IMG/VR virus record: IMGVR_UViG_3300031134_000653
Origin: an uncultured virus (IMG/VR IMGVR_UViG_3300031134_000653)
Lineage: Duplodnaviria > Heunggongvirae > Uroviricota > Caudoviricetes
Strand: one strand, 5' to 3'
DNA length: 64,000 nucleotides
Part shown: piece by piece, positions 9,649 through 19,263 of the stretch
Layout of the letters: each line of letters starts with the position of its first letter
Numbering within the stretch: position 1 is the first letter of the stretch
Position numbers and translations under genes: made by a program
The notes under the pieces: model-generated
Told to the model about the DNA's origin: nothing
The model's input: only the letters and a program-made list of their open reading frames with translations
The model's database searches: none

Positions 9649-10434
9649 ATGATCCCTAAGTTCCATATAGAAAGAGCTAAGTCGCGTTATGCGATTCTCA
9701 TTTATTTGACCGAACAGCAAATGGCTCCTTCTAATATTGAGAATGGCAATCAGATTTTTTGCGAGCAAATATACCGAGCAACTCAAGAATTTTTCCCCGC
9801 TTCTGATTATGCTGCTGACCATATAGTATCGATGATACGTTCTTTACTTTTTCCATCTAAACGTTGGCTATGGAAATCAGCAGAACAAGGCAATAACGTC
9901 CGCTCTTACTCTTGGGGTAGTGACTCCCAGATTACTGTTACCATTAAGTTAGACAGAGAAACTCGCACTTTGCGATATCAGTATGTAAGCACTCCTTCAG
10001 CTGACTACAATTACGGTTCGGGCGGTCCAGTGGAAAATGAGAGTCTGAAAAACCTTACAAACGTTTTGACTGAACAAGATCAGCAAAAAACATTAGCACC
10101 TCAGATAGGTCAGAACATTTTAGTTACATTACATGGTTTGCAAAGACACATTGACAAGTTGAGGTCAAAGAAACTCTCTGTTGAGCAGCAGTTTGATTTA
10201 GAAAGACTGGCAAATGCTTGCAGAACTGTTGACAGGCTCTTGATCGAGCTGAGCCAGAATGATAGTTCTGAGGACGTTCAGCAAGAAACCATCTTAACGG
10301 CTGAGAAGTCCCTGGCTCAGATAGGCTCTTCAGTATCTTCTTTGGAGAAGGAACTATCTGAGGATGTCCTCCGTGAGATGAAGGTCCTGCAAATCTATTT
10401 GAACATGAGAAAAAACTCACTCGAAATCGAATGA
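9649..10434 (+). CDS. hypothetical protein, paralog of 8705
   Basis: Same C-terminal pattern as 8705; start uncertain. Confidence 0.7.
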   Translation: MIPKFHIERAKSRYAILIYLTEQQMAPSNIENGNQIFCEQIYRATQEFFPASDYAADHIVSMIRSLLFPSKRWLWKSAEQGNNVRSYSWGSDSQITVTIKLDRETRTLRYQYVSTPSADYNYGSGGPVENESLKNLTNVLTEQDQQKTLAPQIGQNILVTLHGLQRHIDKLRSKKLSVEQQFDLERLANACRTVDRLLIELSQNDSSEDVQQETILTAEKSLAQIGSSVSSLEKELSEDVLREMKVLQIYLNMRKNSLEIE

Positions 10435-10440
10435 GTTAAA

Positions 10441-10484
10441 AACTGAAGGGTCCCACCTCTAAGATAAGGTGGGACCCTTCAGTT
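10441..10484. terminator. bidirectional terminator
   Basis: AACTGAAGGGTCCCACCT / AGGTGGGACCCTTCAGTT. Confidence 0.8.
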
Positions 10485-10502
10485 CTCTATTGAGTAGATG
10501 GT

Positions 10503-10970
10503 TCAATAAACGTCCTCTTCGTACCCTCGGTTCCTGTTGTTGATTTCAGGAGCATCTCTTTCTGCTTTGCTCAGAATTGTCTGCATTGCAATGTAGTACG
10601 CTGCGATTACAGCAAGAATGACAATCACAACACCGATGAAGTTCAAACCAGTGAAGAGGCGGATGATACTGAAGTACAAACCGAAACCAGTCAGAACAAG
10701 ACCAGCAACTGTCATACCTGAAATGGGAGCTTTCTTAGCAGCTCCAGTAGACTTCGTGGTTGTCTTCGCACTCTTATGCAGGTAGAAGTTTACTACTCCT
10801 GTCAGTAGCCCAAGGAACGGAGCGATAAACGCCAGTACAAGTGTGACCGCACCTGCGATGAGAGCTCCTTTAGGGGAAGACCAGGCTCCAAGAAACCTGA
10901 AAAATTTAGTCTTAGCGAGTTTCTCTGTCGAAGAATCTCCATTGAGATTGGATGGATTTCCAGAAGTCAT
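10503..10970 (-). CDS. membrane protein
   Basis: Three to four hydrophobic segments; AAGGA SD. Confidence 0.75.
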   Translation of the reverse strand: MTSGNPSNLNGDSSTEKLAKTKFFRFLGAWSSPKGALIAGAVTLVLAFIAPFLGLLTGVVNFYLHKSAKTTTKSTGAAKKAPISGMTVAGLVLTGFGLYFSIIRLFTGLNFIGVVIVILAVIAAYYIAMQTILSKAERDAPEINNRNRGYEEDVY

Positions 10971-11150
10971 ATCTGTTCCTTATAGTTTCGTCATGCCCAG
11001 TGTTTTGCTGTCTATAGTTCAGTGTATCTGAATATTCTGAAGTACTCAACAAAACTGAACCATGATATTTTCTCAAAATGGATACCAGTCGGAATGTAAC
11101 CGATAATAATTTCGTATCCATCCTTTACAACATTGAAAGACTTCCCCCCT

Positions 11151-12206
11151 ATGCTTAGGCTTCGCTCCGTATTGCAATCCTCTCGTGCTGCCATCGACCT
11201 GGCGAGCATCATGGTTGGTATTATTGTCATTGGTCTCATCGGCGGTGTTATCGCCGCCACTGTTTTCGCTGTCATTCCATGGTCTCAAGACAAAGCAGCC
11301 AAACAACAGCTCGATTCTGTTCACACTGCAGAGAACGCATTTTTCGGTCTATCTTCTGACCCAAGTCAAAACCTTGTAGGAGGCAAAAAGAACAGCTTTG
11401 CCAATTCAAGTGAACTTGATTCGAATAGCTTGCTGTCAAAAAATACTTCTGGTACTTACTGCGTTGTTCCGACAACTGACGGCAAAGATTACCATGCCTA
11501 TTCTAAGTCTGGTTCAGGCAAATGGTTCTACGCATTGAACAGTAACAAAGAAGCAAAAGTGTTAACTACAGGAGTTATTCCTTGTCTGTTATCAGGTGAT
11601 GCAGCTGGAACAGTAGACCCCACCGTAGATGATGGTTCAGGAACAGTTCCCACAACTCCTGGCACAGGGACAGACACAGGTACAAATCCTACTACACCAG
11701 CAGTTCCCGCTGATGTCCTCATTAAAAACTATGATTTTGAAAACAAATCAACTACCGGATTCTCTGCTTTGAATTCTCCTCGTAGTTATTCCTTCTCTGT
11801 TATTCCCACAACACGCCCAGGAAGCACAAGTGCAAACGCTTTGCAGTTTGTTTCAGAAGCAGACTCAGTGGCTACTCAACCAACCATTGTTGTAGCGATT
11901 CCAAACATTGAATACGGTCAGAAATACCGTGTCACTGCATGGGTCTACAGAGGTCACAAAGATGCTAATCGAACACCAGTTGACTTCAATGTATTTGGAG
12001 TTTCCTACAACGGTGTTGACGGAAGAGGAGACCCTGTTCCAGCGGTGAACACCTGGACAAAAGTAACCTATGAAGTTACTGCCAAATACAGAGGTCTCGC
12101 CAGCAAGAAAATTGTTGAAAACAACTTCACCATTATCAACTCAGCCCCAGCTTATGTCAATTCAAGCTTACTGGTTGATGATATTTCAATCGAGAAAATT
12201 GGATAG
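11151..12206 (+). CDS. type IV pilin-like protein with C-terminal carbohydrate-binding-like domain
   Basis: AIDLASIMVGIIVIGLIGGVIAATVFAVIPWSQD N-terminal helix, Cys pair, PT/G linker, NYDFE...Y.VTAWV...W.KVT...LLVDDISI CBM-like pattern. Confidence 0.65.
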   Translation: MLRLRSVLQSSRAAIDLASIMVGIIVIGLIGGVIAATVFAVIPWSQDKAAKQQLDSVHTAENAFFGLSSDPSQNLVGGKKNSFANSSELDSNSLLSKNTSGTYCVVPTTDGKDYHAYSKSGSGKWFYALNSNKEAKVLTTGVIPCLLSGDAAGTVDPTVDDGSGTVPTTPGTGTDTGTNPTTPAVPADVLIKNYDFENKSTTGFSALNSPRSYSFSVIPTTRPGSTSANALQFVSEADSVATQPTIVVAIPNIEYGQKYRVTAWVYRGHKDANRTPVDFNVFGVSYNGVDGRGDPVPAVNTWTKVTYEVTAKYRGLASKKIVENNFTIINSAPAYVNSSLLVDDISIEKIG

Positions 12207-12217
12207 TAGTTATCATC

Positions 12218-12262
12218 TAAAGACAAAGGGAACAACCATTGTGGTTGTTCCCTTTGTCTTTA
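12218..12262. terminator. bidirectional terminator
   Basis: TAAAGACAAAGGGAACAACCA / TGGTTGTTCCCTTTGTCTTTA. Confidence 0.8.
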
Positions 12263-12583
12263 CTTCGTCAGCTTCCTCAGAATGCTGGCGTTCAGCTCAT
12301 CCCAGGTGGTCTCGCCTGTTCCCAGGTTAGCCTTCATGATGATGTCAGCACCTGTCGTTGCTGTCAAAGAATGAGCGTAAGCAATTTCACGCAACTGCCT
12401 CTTGAGCTTGTTGCGAGTGATAGCGTTACCTGTCTTCTTGGTGATGATGAAACCGTAACGTGTTACGTCATCGTCACGCTTGCGGATAAAAATGGTGACG
12501 GCAGGAGTGTGTACACGCTTACCCTTACGCATGGTGAGCGTGAAATCCTGCGGAGCCGTGATTCGGTTCTTCTTGGGCAACAT
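12260..12583 (-). CDS. rnpA: ribonuclease P protein component
   Basis: MLP..NR.....DF....R.G.R, RYGFII.KK.GNA..RNK.KR.LREI (RNR motif); AAGGAGGT SD. Confidence 0.92.
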   Translation of the reverse strand: MLPKKNRITAPQDFTLTMRKGKRVHTPAVTIFIRKRDDDVTRYGFIITKKTGNAITRNKLKRQLREIAYAHSLTATTGADIIMKANLGTGETTWDELNASILRKLTK

Positions 12584-12699
12584 TGTGTTACACCTCCTTC
12601 GTAGATTTGACTGTAACAGACGATTATCTCTTTGTCAACCATTGCCTCTTCTATGTAAGACATGGTATGATTGAAGAAGTAAATCGCAGGAGAAAACTT

Positions 12700-12993
12700 A
12701 TGACGCAAGAAAATATCACTACTGAAGCTTTAGCTGTTGCCGGCTACCCTCTCGCAGAAGAGATGGTGAACCTGGTAAACACTGACATGCTTCAGTTCTG
12801 GGATGAACACGAACCAGTTGAATACCTTTGGACAGAAAAACGTAAAGTTGTTTCGCTTGTCGATGAACAGGGTAAAGATTTCATCTTCAAACGTGAAGAT
12901 GGCGGACAGCTTGGTGTTTGGAAAGAGTACTTCCTGGACCCAGAGCAGTGGAAGAAGAATCGTGTACTGAAGATGCAAGGCATCACGTACTAA
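12700..12993 (+). CDS. hypothetical protein
   Basis: AGGAG SD before MTQEN; terminator follows. Confidence 0.7.
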   Translation: MTQENITTEALAVAGYPLAEEMVNLVNTDMLQFWDEHEPVEYLWTEKRKVVSLVDEQGKDFIFKREDGGQLGVWKEYFLDPEQWKKNRVLKMQGITY

Positions 12994-13005
12994 CGTAATA
13001 CTGTT

Positions 13006-13055
13006 AATGCAGAAATGAACGCCTACTTACCATGGGCGTTCATTTCTGCATTTTT
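13006..13055 (+). terminator. intrinsic terminator
   Basis: AATGCAGAAATGAACGCC / GGCGTTCATTTCTGCATT followed by a T-run. Confidence 0.8.
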
Positions 13056-13125
13056 GCTATTCTGATATATTGAATGTACATTTACACATTACACATTTAC
13101 ACATCAGATGTAATGAAATGTTTGT

Positions 13126-13171
13126 GCTATAGGTAAAGCCCAACCAGATTTGGTTGGGCTTTACCTATAGC
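13126..13171. terminator. hairpin terminator
   Basis: GCTATAGGTAAAGCCCAACC / GGTTGGGCTTTACCTATAGC. Confidence 0.8.
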
Positions 13172-13172
13172 G

Positions 13173-13670
13173 TTACCACTCTTTCTTGGGTCCGTGTAGT
13201 TTCAGCTCAATAGCTGCGAAAGCAGGAGCCAGTCTCTCGTTAGCCTCAGCTACCAACTGGGACTTTGCCCGAGTGTAGAAAATGAAGTTCTCGTTGGTGA
13301 TGGCGGGCCACACCATTTCCTCATGGGAAGGGAAGCCTGCTTCAGCAAGCAGTACGTTCAGCTTCTCGAAGATGTCCTTGAACGCCTCCACATGAAGGTT
13401 GTACCGCTCAGCAATAATATCCAACGGCTCCTCAGAGTAACCATGACTGTCAGCCCAATCGAAAAGTTCGCTGCTGCCGCGTTCAACCTTGTTGAAAGCC
13501 TCCTCTGCAGGGGTACCCTTCCATGAGTCAGAAACTCCGAAAGGCTGCGAGAACTTCGTCGGAATGCGGATAACCCAGGTCTCGTCGTAGTCAAGCTCAA
13601 CAATGGCGTCAGGATGCACATTTTTGGCATAGGCCAGCATCTGCTGGTGGTTCTTGGGTGAAGTGTCCAT
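13173..13670 (-). CDS. hypothetical protein
   Basis: Long ORF with a terminator downstream. Confidence 0.7.
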   Translation of the reverse strand: MDTSPKNHQQMLAYAKNVHPDAIVELDYDETWVIRIPTKFSQPFGVSDSWKGTPAEEAFNKVERGSSELFDWADSHGYSEEPLDIIAERYNLHVEAFKDIFEKLNVLLAEAGFPSHEEMVWPAITNENFIFYTRAKSQLVAEANERLAPAFAAIELKLHGPKKEW

Positions 13671-13839
13671 TATCTTGTCTTTCATAGGCGAATATATGTT
13701 TACCACCATACACCATGACTCAGAATAAGTCTACCCTCCCTCGAACAGGGGTCATGACCCGAATTGACAGTATGAGTGTTATATTGTAATATAAGAGGTG
13801 TTGAAGCACAGTGCTTCCAAGAACCATCACTGGAGAACC

Positions 13840-14196
13840 ATGTCCCCCGAAACGAATACCTCAGCAGAAGAAGCTTACTGGGCTGCTGCTTCTGAAGCTT
13901 TCAAAGCAACTGAGAAATTCGGGAAGAAGCTACGTAAAGATGCTCTTTCTATCTCACCTCGAAAATTCGATACCGAAATCCATTCACTTCAGAAATTCCG
14001 TGAACAGTCTGAAGCTTTCTCAGACCAGCTGGCTGAAGAGATTTCATCGCTCAGTGAGCAGCTTTCGTTGGAAGAGCTTTCCGCTAAGGTCCAGCTGTTT
14101 TTCACAGTCCAGAAGCTCAGTGACAATGTTGACTTGGTAGCAGCTTCAACCGCGAACACTCGTGACCGTATTCAGCTTATCAAAGCGATGTACTAA
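13840..14196 (+). CDS. helical hypothetical protein
   Basis: GGAG SD before MSPE. Confidence 0.7.
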   Translation: MSPETNTSAEEAYWAAASEAFKATEKFGKKLRKDALSISPRKFDTEIHSLQKFREQSEAFSDQLAEEISSLSEQLSLEELSAKVQLFFTVQKLSDNVDLVAASTANTRDRIQLIKAMY

Positions 14197-14254
14197 TACA
14201 GGTCTACCTACTTAGTAGCGGACCTGTGATAGACTGAGGACAGAAAGGTTTATT

Positions 14255-15544
14255 ATGAGGAAAGATGATATTGTCACAGGACTATTCTTAGGTGACGAAG
14301 GAAAAGGGACCGCTGTCGACTATCTTGCCCACCTAAACCGACCAGTTTCTGTTGTTCGAACAGGTGGCCCGCAAGCTGCACACAATGTTGTTAGCCCTGA
14401 CGGCACCCACCACACCTTTGCCCAGTTCGGCTCTGCTTCATTGCAGGAAGTTCCCACTATCCTGTCCAAGTACATGTTGGTCAATCCTTTCAACCTGGTC
14501 ACAGAAGGCGACCTTTTGTATGCGAAAACTGGAGGATGGAATCCTTTCAGTGACCTTCTCATTAGTGAGAATTCGCTCCTTATCACACCTCTCCACATTT
14601 TTCTGAATAAGAAAAGAGAAGACGCCCGAGGCAGCACCGCTCATGGTTCTACAGGTGAAGGCATCGGAGAAACACGACTGTTCCACATTCGCCATCCTGA
14701 GTATGCCCCAATCATGGGCGATTTGCAGCTCGGTAACCTGGACCGCCTGAAAACAAAGCTACAGGCTTTGTACGAATATGTTGAAGAGGAATGTTCCAAC
14801 ATCTGGGACGAAGGAACTGTCGATTCGCTTCATCAGGAGTACATAAACTTAGCGACAGATGAATTCCTCAACATCGTAGATGACGAGAAAATCTCTGAAC
14901 GCATCCGAGAGGGTTACACTATCTTCGAATGCTCACAAGGTGTTCTCCTGGACGAATCCTTAGGTTTCCACCCACATACCACCTGGACTGGTTCAACGTC
15001 TCAGAACGCCCAGCAGCTGCTCTCAGATGCAAATAAGTCTGCCGGTACAGTCATTGGAGTGACAAGAACGTACGCCACAAGACACGGAAATGGTCCTTTG
15101 CCTTCTGAGCTCCCTAACACGGATGAAAACATTACCAGAATGCCAGAAGACCATAATGCGTACGGTCATTACCAAGGAGGTTGGCGTCGAGGACACCTTG
15201 ACCTGCCCTTGCTTGAGTATGCAGTTCGAGCTAACAAAAAAGTAGACTTACTGTTCCTCACTCATTGCGATTTAGTCACAAAGGAATTCCAGGTAGTAAC
15301 CAGCTACCGAGACTGGAAAGATATTCCTTCAACGTTCTATGACCGCGATAGAGTCAAGCAGGAGGAAATTACCTCCCATCTTATGTCGTTGTCCTTAGAG
15401 GATGCCGAACTGACACAAGTTGAGTCTTTGGAAGAACTGGAAGAACTTCTTGAGCAGGAACTTGAAGTTCCAGTTGGCTACCGTTCATTCGGTAAAACTT
15501 ACGATGATAAGACTGTTGTTCAGGTAGGCTTCCAGCCTTCTTGA
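14255..15544 (+). CDS. adenylosuccinate synthetase-like protein (divergent PurA family)
   Basis: G..LGDEGKG..VD, GGPQAAHNV, HGSTG.GIG, FE.SQGVLLD..GFHP.TT, TR.Y.TRHGNGPLP.E, R.G.LD. Confidence 0.85.
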   Translation: MRKDDIVTGLFLGDEGKGTAVDYLAHLNRPVSVVRTGGPQAAHNVVSPDGTHHTFAQFGSASLQEVPTILSKYMLVNPFNLVTEGDLLYAKTGGWNPFSDLLISENSLLITPLHIFLNKKREDARGSTAHGSTGEGIGETRLFHIRHPEYAPIMGDLQLGNLDRLKTKLQALYEYVEEECSNIWDEGTVDSLHQEYINLATDEFLNIVDDEKISERIREGYTIFECSQGVLLDESLGFHPHTTWTGSTSQNAQQLLSDANKSAGTVIGVTRTYATRHGNGPLPSELPNTDENITRMPEDHNAYGHYQGGWRRGHLDLPLLEYAVRANKKVDLLFLTHCDLVTKEFQVVTSYRDWKDIPSTFYDRDRVKQEEITSHLMSLSLEDAELTQVESLEELEELLEQELEVPVGYRSFGKTYDDKTVVQVGFQPS

Positions 15545-15607
15545 GTTCCTGATTCAAGTAACGCCTCTCCGAAACGAGGGGCGTTACTTGCTGTTAGAAA
15601 TATGATT

Positions 15608-16516
15608 ATGACAAGAGTGAGATATCCAAGAGTTGCTGTAGGTAACGGCAGTTACTGTTACGCAGGACCTGATTGTAAGCTGCATGGCAAAGCTGCTAAT
15701 ACAAAAGTGGGATCATCTGATCTATCCACTGGGAACTTACCAGTTCAAACAGATGGGTGGTCACGTCAAGAATTTGCTTCGAAGTTGGAAGCCTGCAACA
15801 AAGCCTATGACGAAGCAGTTAAGGCTTCCAAGTTTGTGGAGAATCTTTCTGACCTGAAAGGTAACGCTCTTATGAAGGGCTACCTCGCCAGAGAATCAGA
15901 TGATGGTACCGGCTACCATGTATACAAAGCTGATGCCTCTTTGTTAGCAACTGGAACAAAAGTACTGTACCAAGAAATTGCATCCGCAGCCGCTGATGGT
16001 GTGCTGGCGCCTAAGAAAGCTAATGATCTCAGGAAAGAGCTGTCTGAGTATTCCAACCAAGTGTTAAGACCTCAAGCTGCTGAAGACAAGAAGCTGATGG
16101 AGAAACTCCAGAGTCGTTACGTCAAAGAAGGTGCTAACCAAGGAGCGATTCATAACCGCCAACAACAGCTTGCTTCTGCTCGCATACGTCAAGGATTGCC
16201 TGCTGTCTTAGATAAAGACACAGTTACTCCAGCTTTGTACCCAGTGACTGAGCTCAGCAACAAACAACTGTTGGAATACTACCAGTGCGGTAGGAAGAAA
16301 TCTTTCAATTCTGAACAAGAAGCCCAGTATTCCATTTCAGTTGTAGGTGACCCTTCTTTGCAGTCATACAAATGCTCTCATTGTGACAAAACACATACCG
16401 GTCATGGCGGCGGACAGAACTCTGAAGAAGAACAACTACTAAGTGCTGCACGGCATTGGGAGAAGTTCCCTGAAAAGTCTAACATGTTTGCTTTTGCTAA
16501 AGGTTTCATCAATTAG
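15608..16516 (+). CDS. Cys/His-tag protein with C-terminal C2H2-like zinc finger
   Basis: YCYAGPDCKLHG tag; CGRKKSF.SE..A ... YKCSHC...H.GHG; tandem paralog of 16536. Confidence 0.75.
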   Translation: MTRVRYPRVAVGNGSYCYAGPDCKLHGKAANTKVGSSDLSTGNLPVQTDGWSRQEFASKLEACNKAYDEAVKASKFVENLSDLKGNALMKGYLARESDDGTGYHVYKADASLLATGTKVLYQEIASAAADGVLAPKKANDLRKELSEYSNQVLRPQAAEDKKLMEKLQSRYVKEGANQGAIHNRQQQLASARIRQGLPAVLDKDTVTPALYPVTELSNKQLLEYYQCGRKKSFNSEQEAQYSISVVGDPSLQSYKCSHCDKTHTGHGGGQNSEEEQLLSAARHWEKFPEKSNMFAFAKGFIN

Positions 16517-16535
16517 GAACTGTTAGAAATAGTTC

Positions 16536-17390
16536 ATGACAAGAACTCGTTATCCACGCGTACCAGTAGGTAATGGTAGCTACTGTTATGCAGGACCTAC
16601 CTGCAAAATCCATTCCGCTTCCTCCGCTGGCTACCATATCCGGAAGATGGATGAAGCCAACGCAGAAAGTGTCAAAACTTTTCAGCGTTTGGTCAAAGAA
16701 GAAGGGCAGTTTGTTCCTGCTTTAGAAGACTTAGGTGACGAAGCTCTGTTGCGTGGAAGAGCTGCCTACTATTCAGAAAAAGATAAAGGCTTCTACGTGT
16801 ACAACTCATCCGACATCAATGTTGCTGTTGTAGAGATAGTCAAAAAGCCATTGAAAGACTTCAACCAAGCTGTAGTGGATGGTGTTTTCCCTAAAGACCA
16901 GGCGAACGATACAAGGAACAAGCTTCTCGCAATCTCAAAAACTCCTGGTTACAAAAGTCTACAAACTGAAAACCGCAAGACACTAACTGATTTCCAAAAC
17001 AGTTTCGATGCTTCTGAAGCTGCCATTGAGAAAAGAAACAAACAGCGAGAATTAGCTCGTAGTCTTTCTATCATACAGCCAAAAGTAATTTACGACAGAC
17101 CTGTCATGGTTCCTGAGAGTAAAATTGATGATGCAACCATGTTGGAATACTGGAGATGTGGTCGCAAAACAAAGTTCGAGGATGCTGCTGCTGGCACTAA
17201 AATGATTCAAGAACTCAACGAGACCGAAACTATGAGTACTTACATGTGTGACTACTGTCCTAAAGTTCACATTGGTCATGGTTTCGGTAAAGGTCCTGAA
17301 GATGAAGCTCTAGTCAAAGCTCGTGCTCATTGGACAGAGAATGCAGAAAAAGCCAACCTTTTTGCTTTCGCTAAAGGCTGGCTTAACTAA
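16536..17390 (+). CDS. Cys/His-tag protein with C-terminal zinc finger (paralog of 15608)
   Basis: YCYAGPTCKIHS tag; CGRKTKF...YMCDYC...HIGHG; shared FAFAKG C-terminus. Confidence 0.75.
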   Translation: MTRTRYPRVPVGNGSYCYAGPTCKIHSASSAGYHIRKMDEANAESVKTFQRLVKEEGQFVPALEDLGDEALLRGRAAYYSEKDKGFYVYNSSDINVAVVEIVKKPLKDFNQAVVDGVFPKDQANDTRNKLLAISKTPGYKSLQTENRKTLTDFQNSFDASEAAIEKRNKQRELARSLSIIQPKVIYDRPVMVPESKIDDATMLEYWRCGRKTKFEDAAAGTKMIQELNETETMSTYMCDYCPKVHIGHGFGKGPEDEALVKARAHWTENAEKANLFAFAKGWLN

Positions 17391-17399
17391 TCTCTGCAG

Positions 17400-17777
17400 T
17401 TAGAGGATGGACTGTCTAATCTGTCCGCTGTTAGCTTCCTGTACTTGGTCATTCAGAGTGATTGCTTCGTAAATCCAGTAGACGAACAAAGCCAGACCAA
17501 TGATTCCACCGATGAAAATGGCTGACGTGATTGCTGCGATGGCCCATGCGGCAAGAATGAAGAGACCGCGTTTCATGTTCCCGATGTAATACTGGTGAAC
17601 ACCGAAGATTCCCAAGAAGAACCACAGAACATAAGCTAAGACAACATTCTTAGGAGCTGCTGGTACTGGATGTGGAACTAAGTTTTTCTCCCAGGTGAGA
17701 CCGAAGATGTTGAAAGCTTTCTTTGGCTCTTGAGGGTTTGATGCTTGTTGGTACCCGTATGGGCTTTGGTCTGACAT
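17400..17777 (-). CDS. TM2 domain membrane protein
   Basis: K...LAYVLWFFLGIFGVHQYYIG. Confidence 0.85.
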   Translation of the reverse strand: MSDQSPYGYQQASNPQEPKKAFNIFGLTWEKNLVPHPVPAAPKNVVLAYVLWFFLGIFGVHQYYIGNMKRGLFILAAWAIAAITSAIFIGGIIGLALFVYWIYEAITLNDQVQEANSGQIRQSIL

Positions 17778-17854
17778 GAGGTTCCTTCCTACTCAGGTAC
17801 AAAAGTTATCGACTGTTTCAGGGTTTACAGAGAAAACATTCAGTTTGCATTCAA

Positions 17855-18184
17855 TTAGTGAAACGAATCTCCACAAGCACAGCTGCCGGCAGCGTTAGGG
17901 TTGTCAATAGTGAACCCTTGTTTTTCGATGGTGTCCTGGAAGTCAACAACAGCTCCTTCAAGGTAAGGGCTACTCATTTTGTCGACAATTACTTCAAGTT
18001 CACCGAAGTTCTGGATGAAGTCTCCATCATGTTCTCTTTCGTCAAAGAACAATGCATAGATGAGTCCGGAACACCCTCCAGGGCTGACTTGAACTCTAAG
18101 CCTCATATCTTCACGATTCTGGTCGGAAAGAAGCTGCCAGGCTTTATTTGAAGCCTGCTCTGTAAGATTGATGGGGAATGACAT
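17855..18184 (-). CDS. HesB/IscA/ErpA family Fe-S cluster carrier protein
   Basis: LRV.V.PGGCSGL.Y, VDKMS.PYL.GA.VDF, GFTIDNPNA.GSCACGDSFH. Confidence 0.95.
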   Translation of the reverse strand: MSFPINLTEQASNKAWQLLSDQNREDMRLRVQVSPGGCSGLIYALFFDEREHDGDFIQNFGELEVIVDKMSSPYLEGAVVDFQDTIEKQGFTIDNPNAAGSCACGDSFH

Positions 18185-18218
18185 TGATTTTCCTTTCAGT
18201 ACCTGGTATTATCAGTAC

Positions 18219-18764
18219 ATGTCTTCTATTTCTAAGGATACCGGAGTGTATCAGTCTTACTCATTTAGCATTTCTCCTCGGGTGAAGCGTAAGCAGTATG
18301 TTGTGGCGGAGAGCTACACCATCCCAGCGGAATCGACTGACCTGGTAGAGAAGTACAACCTGGAGCGAGACCTGACTTCGATGACGAAGTTGTTCCTTTC
18401 CATCGACCACATCATGAGCGGTTTGGATGAGAAGGACGAAGATTATGCGGGTCTTTACTACATCATCAAAATCATCCTCATCAAGCGCAGCGGTTCTGTG
18501 TTCCGTGAGGTCTTGGAGAATGTTCCTGTTGACCTTATCTCTGACCGACTGTGGTACGCATTCAATATGTTTGGCGACTGGTATTCTTCCACTGGTCCGA
18601 GCTTTGCTTACATGCCCAAGCCTGCACTCAAGCGTTTCCTGAAGGCTCATGGCGAAGAGCGAATGCGAAGCATGCATTGGGATGAGGTCAAGCCTTACCT
18701 GCTGATGCGTGGAGATAACATGTCCAAGAAGAGCAAGTTCTTCAAGGCTCTTGACTTGGCGTAA
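18219..18764 (+). CDS. hypothetical protein
   Basis: Leaderless TATTAT-6-ATG start. Confidence 0.7.
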   Translation: MSSISKDTGVYQSYSFSISPRVKRKQYVVAESYTIPAESTDLVEKYNLERDLTSMTKLFLSIDHIMSGLDEKDEDYAGLYYIIKIILIKRSGSVFREVLENVPVDLISDRLWYAFNMFGDWYSSTGPSFAYMPKPALKRFLKAHGEERMRSMHWDEVKPYLLMRGDNMSKKSKFFKALDLA

Positions 18765-18837
18765 CAGTTAGAGCAAACAAAGAGCTTCCAGCCTCACAAT
18801 TATGAGGTTGGAAGCTCTTTGTTGTTAGAATCTGCTT

Positions 18838-19209
18838 ATGAAGAAAATTCTTATTATCAGTGCTGCTGGTCTTGTTATCGTGGGTGTTATCGTTGCGATT
18901 TTTGTGATGTTCAAAATGGAGCATGACAAGATCATGGCAGAGGGTGTTGATACCCAGAGTGTCTCTGCAGTGGTTGAGTCCAGGAGAGAATCGCACAGTA
19001 CAGGTACAGGTAACTCTCGCCGTACAACATACGATACCGTTTACTATGTTGAGTATTCCTATGAAGCTAACGGCAGAGGCTACGAAATTTCCAGCCAGAA
19101 ATTCCAAACGAAAAGTTCAGCTGAAGCTCGTAAAGCTGAAGGTACAGTAACCATTCGTTACCTAGAGGAAAACCCTGACAGAGCTATCCTTTTTGATGCC
19201 AAAAAGTAA
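18838..19209 (+). CDS. DUF3592-like membrane-anchored protein
   Basis: N-terminal TM; Y.VEY.Y..NG..Y ... G.V.IRY...NP..A. Confidence 0.7.
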   Translation: MKKILIISAAGLVIVGVIVAIFVMFKMEHDKIMAEGVDTQSVSAVVESRRESHSTGTGNSRRTTYDTVYYVEYSYEANGRGYEISSQKFQTKSSAEARKAEGTVTIRYLEENPDRAILFDAKK

Positions 19210-19221
19210 TACCCAGTTCTT

Positions 19222-19263
19222 AAACGAAGAAGCCCCTCAGATGTCTGAGGGGCTTCTTCGTTT
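19222..19263. terminator. bidirectional terminator
   Basis: AAACGAAGAAGCCCCTCAGA / TCTGAGGGGCTTCTTCGTTT. Confidence 0.8.

Noticed and set aside
14255..15544. PurZ (2-aminoadenine, Z-genome) assignment
   Set aside because: The protein keeps the PurA-type Asp in GDEGKG, whereas PurZ has Ser (GSTGKG-type); no DatZ/MazZ-like neighbours are seen.
15555..15590. GTTACTTG as a fourth copy of the 5' UTR hairpin
   Set aside because: It is the 3' arm of a terminator hairpin (CAAGTAACGCC...GGCGTTACTTG) and lacks AAC-G-CC and the AAAACAACAAGAA tail.
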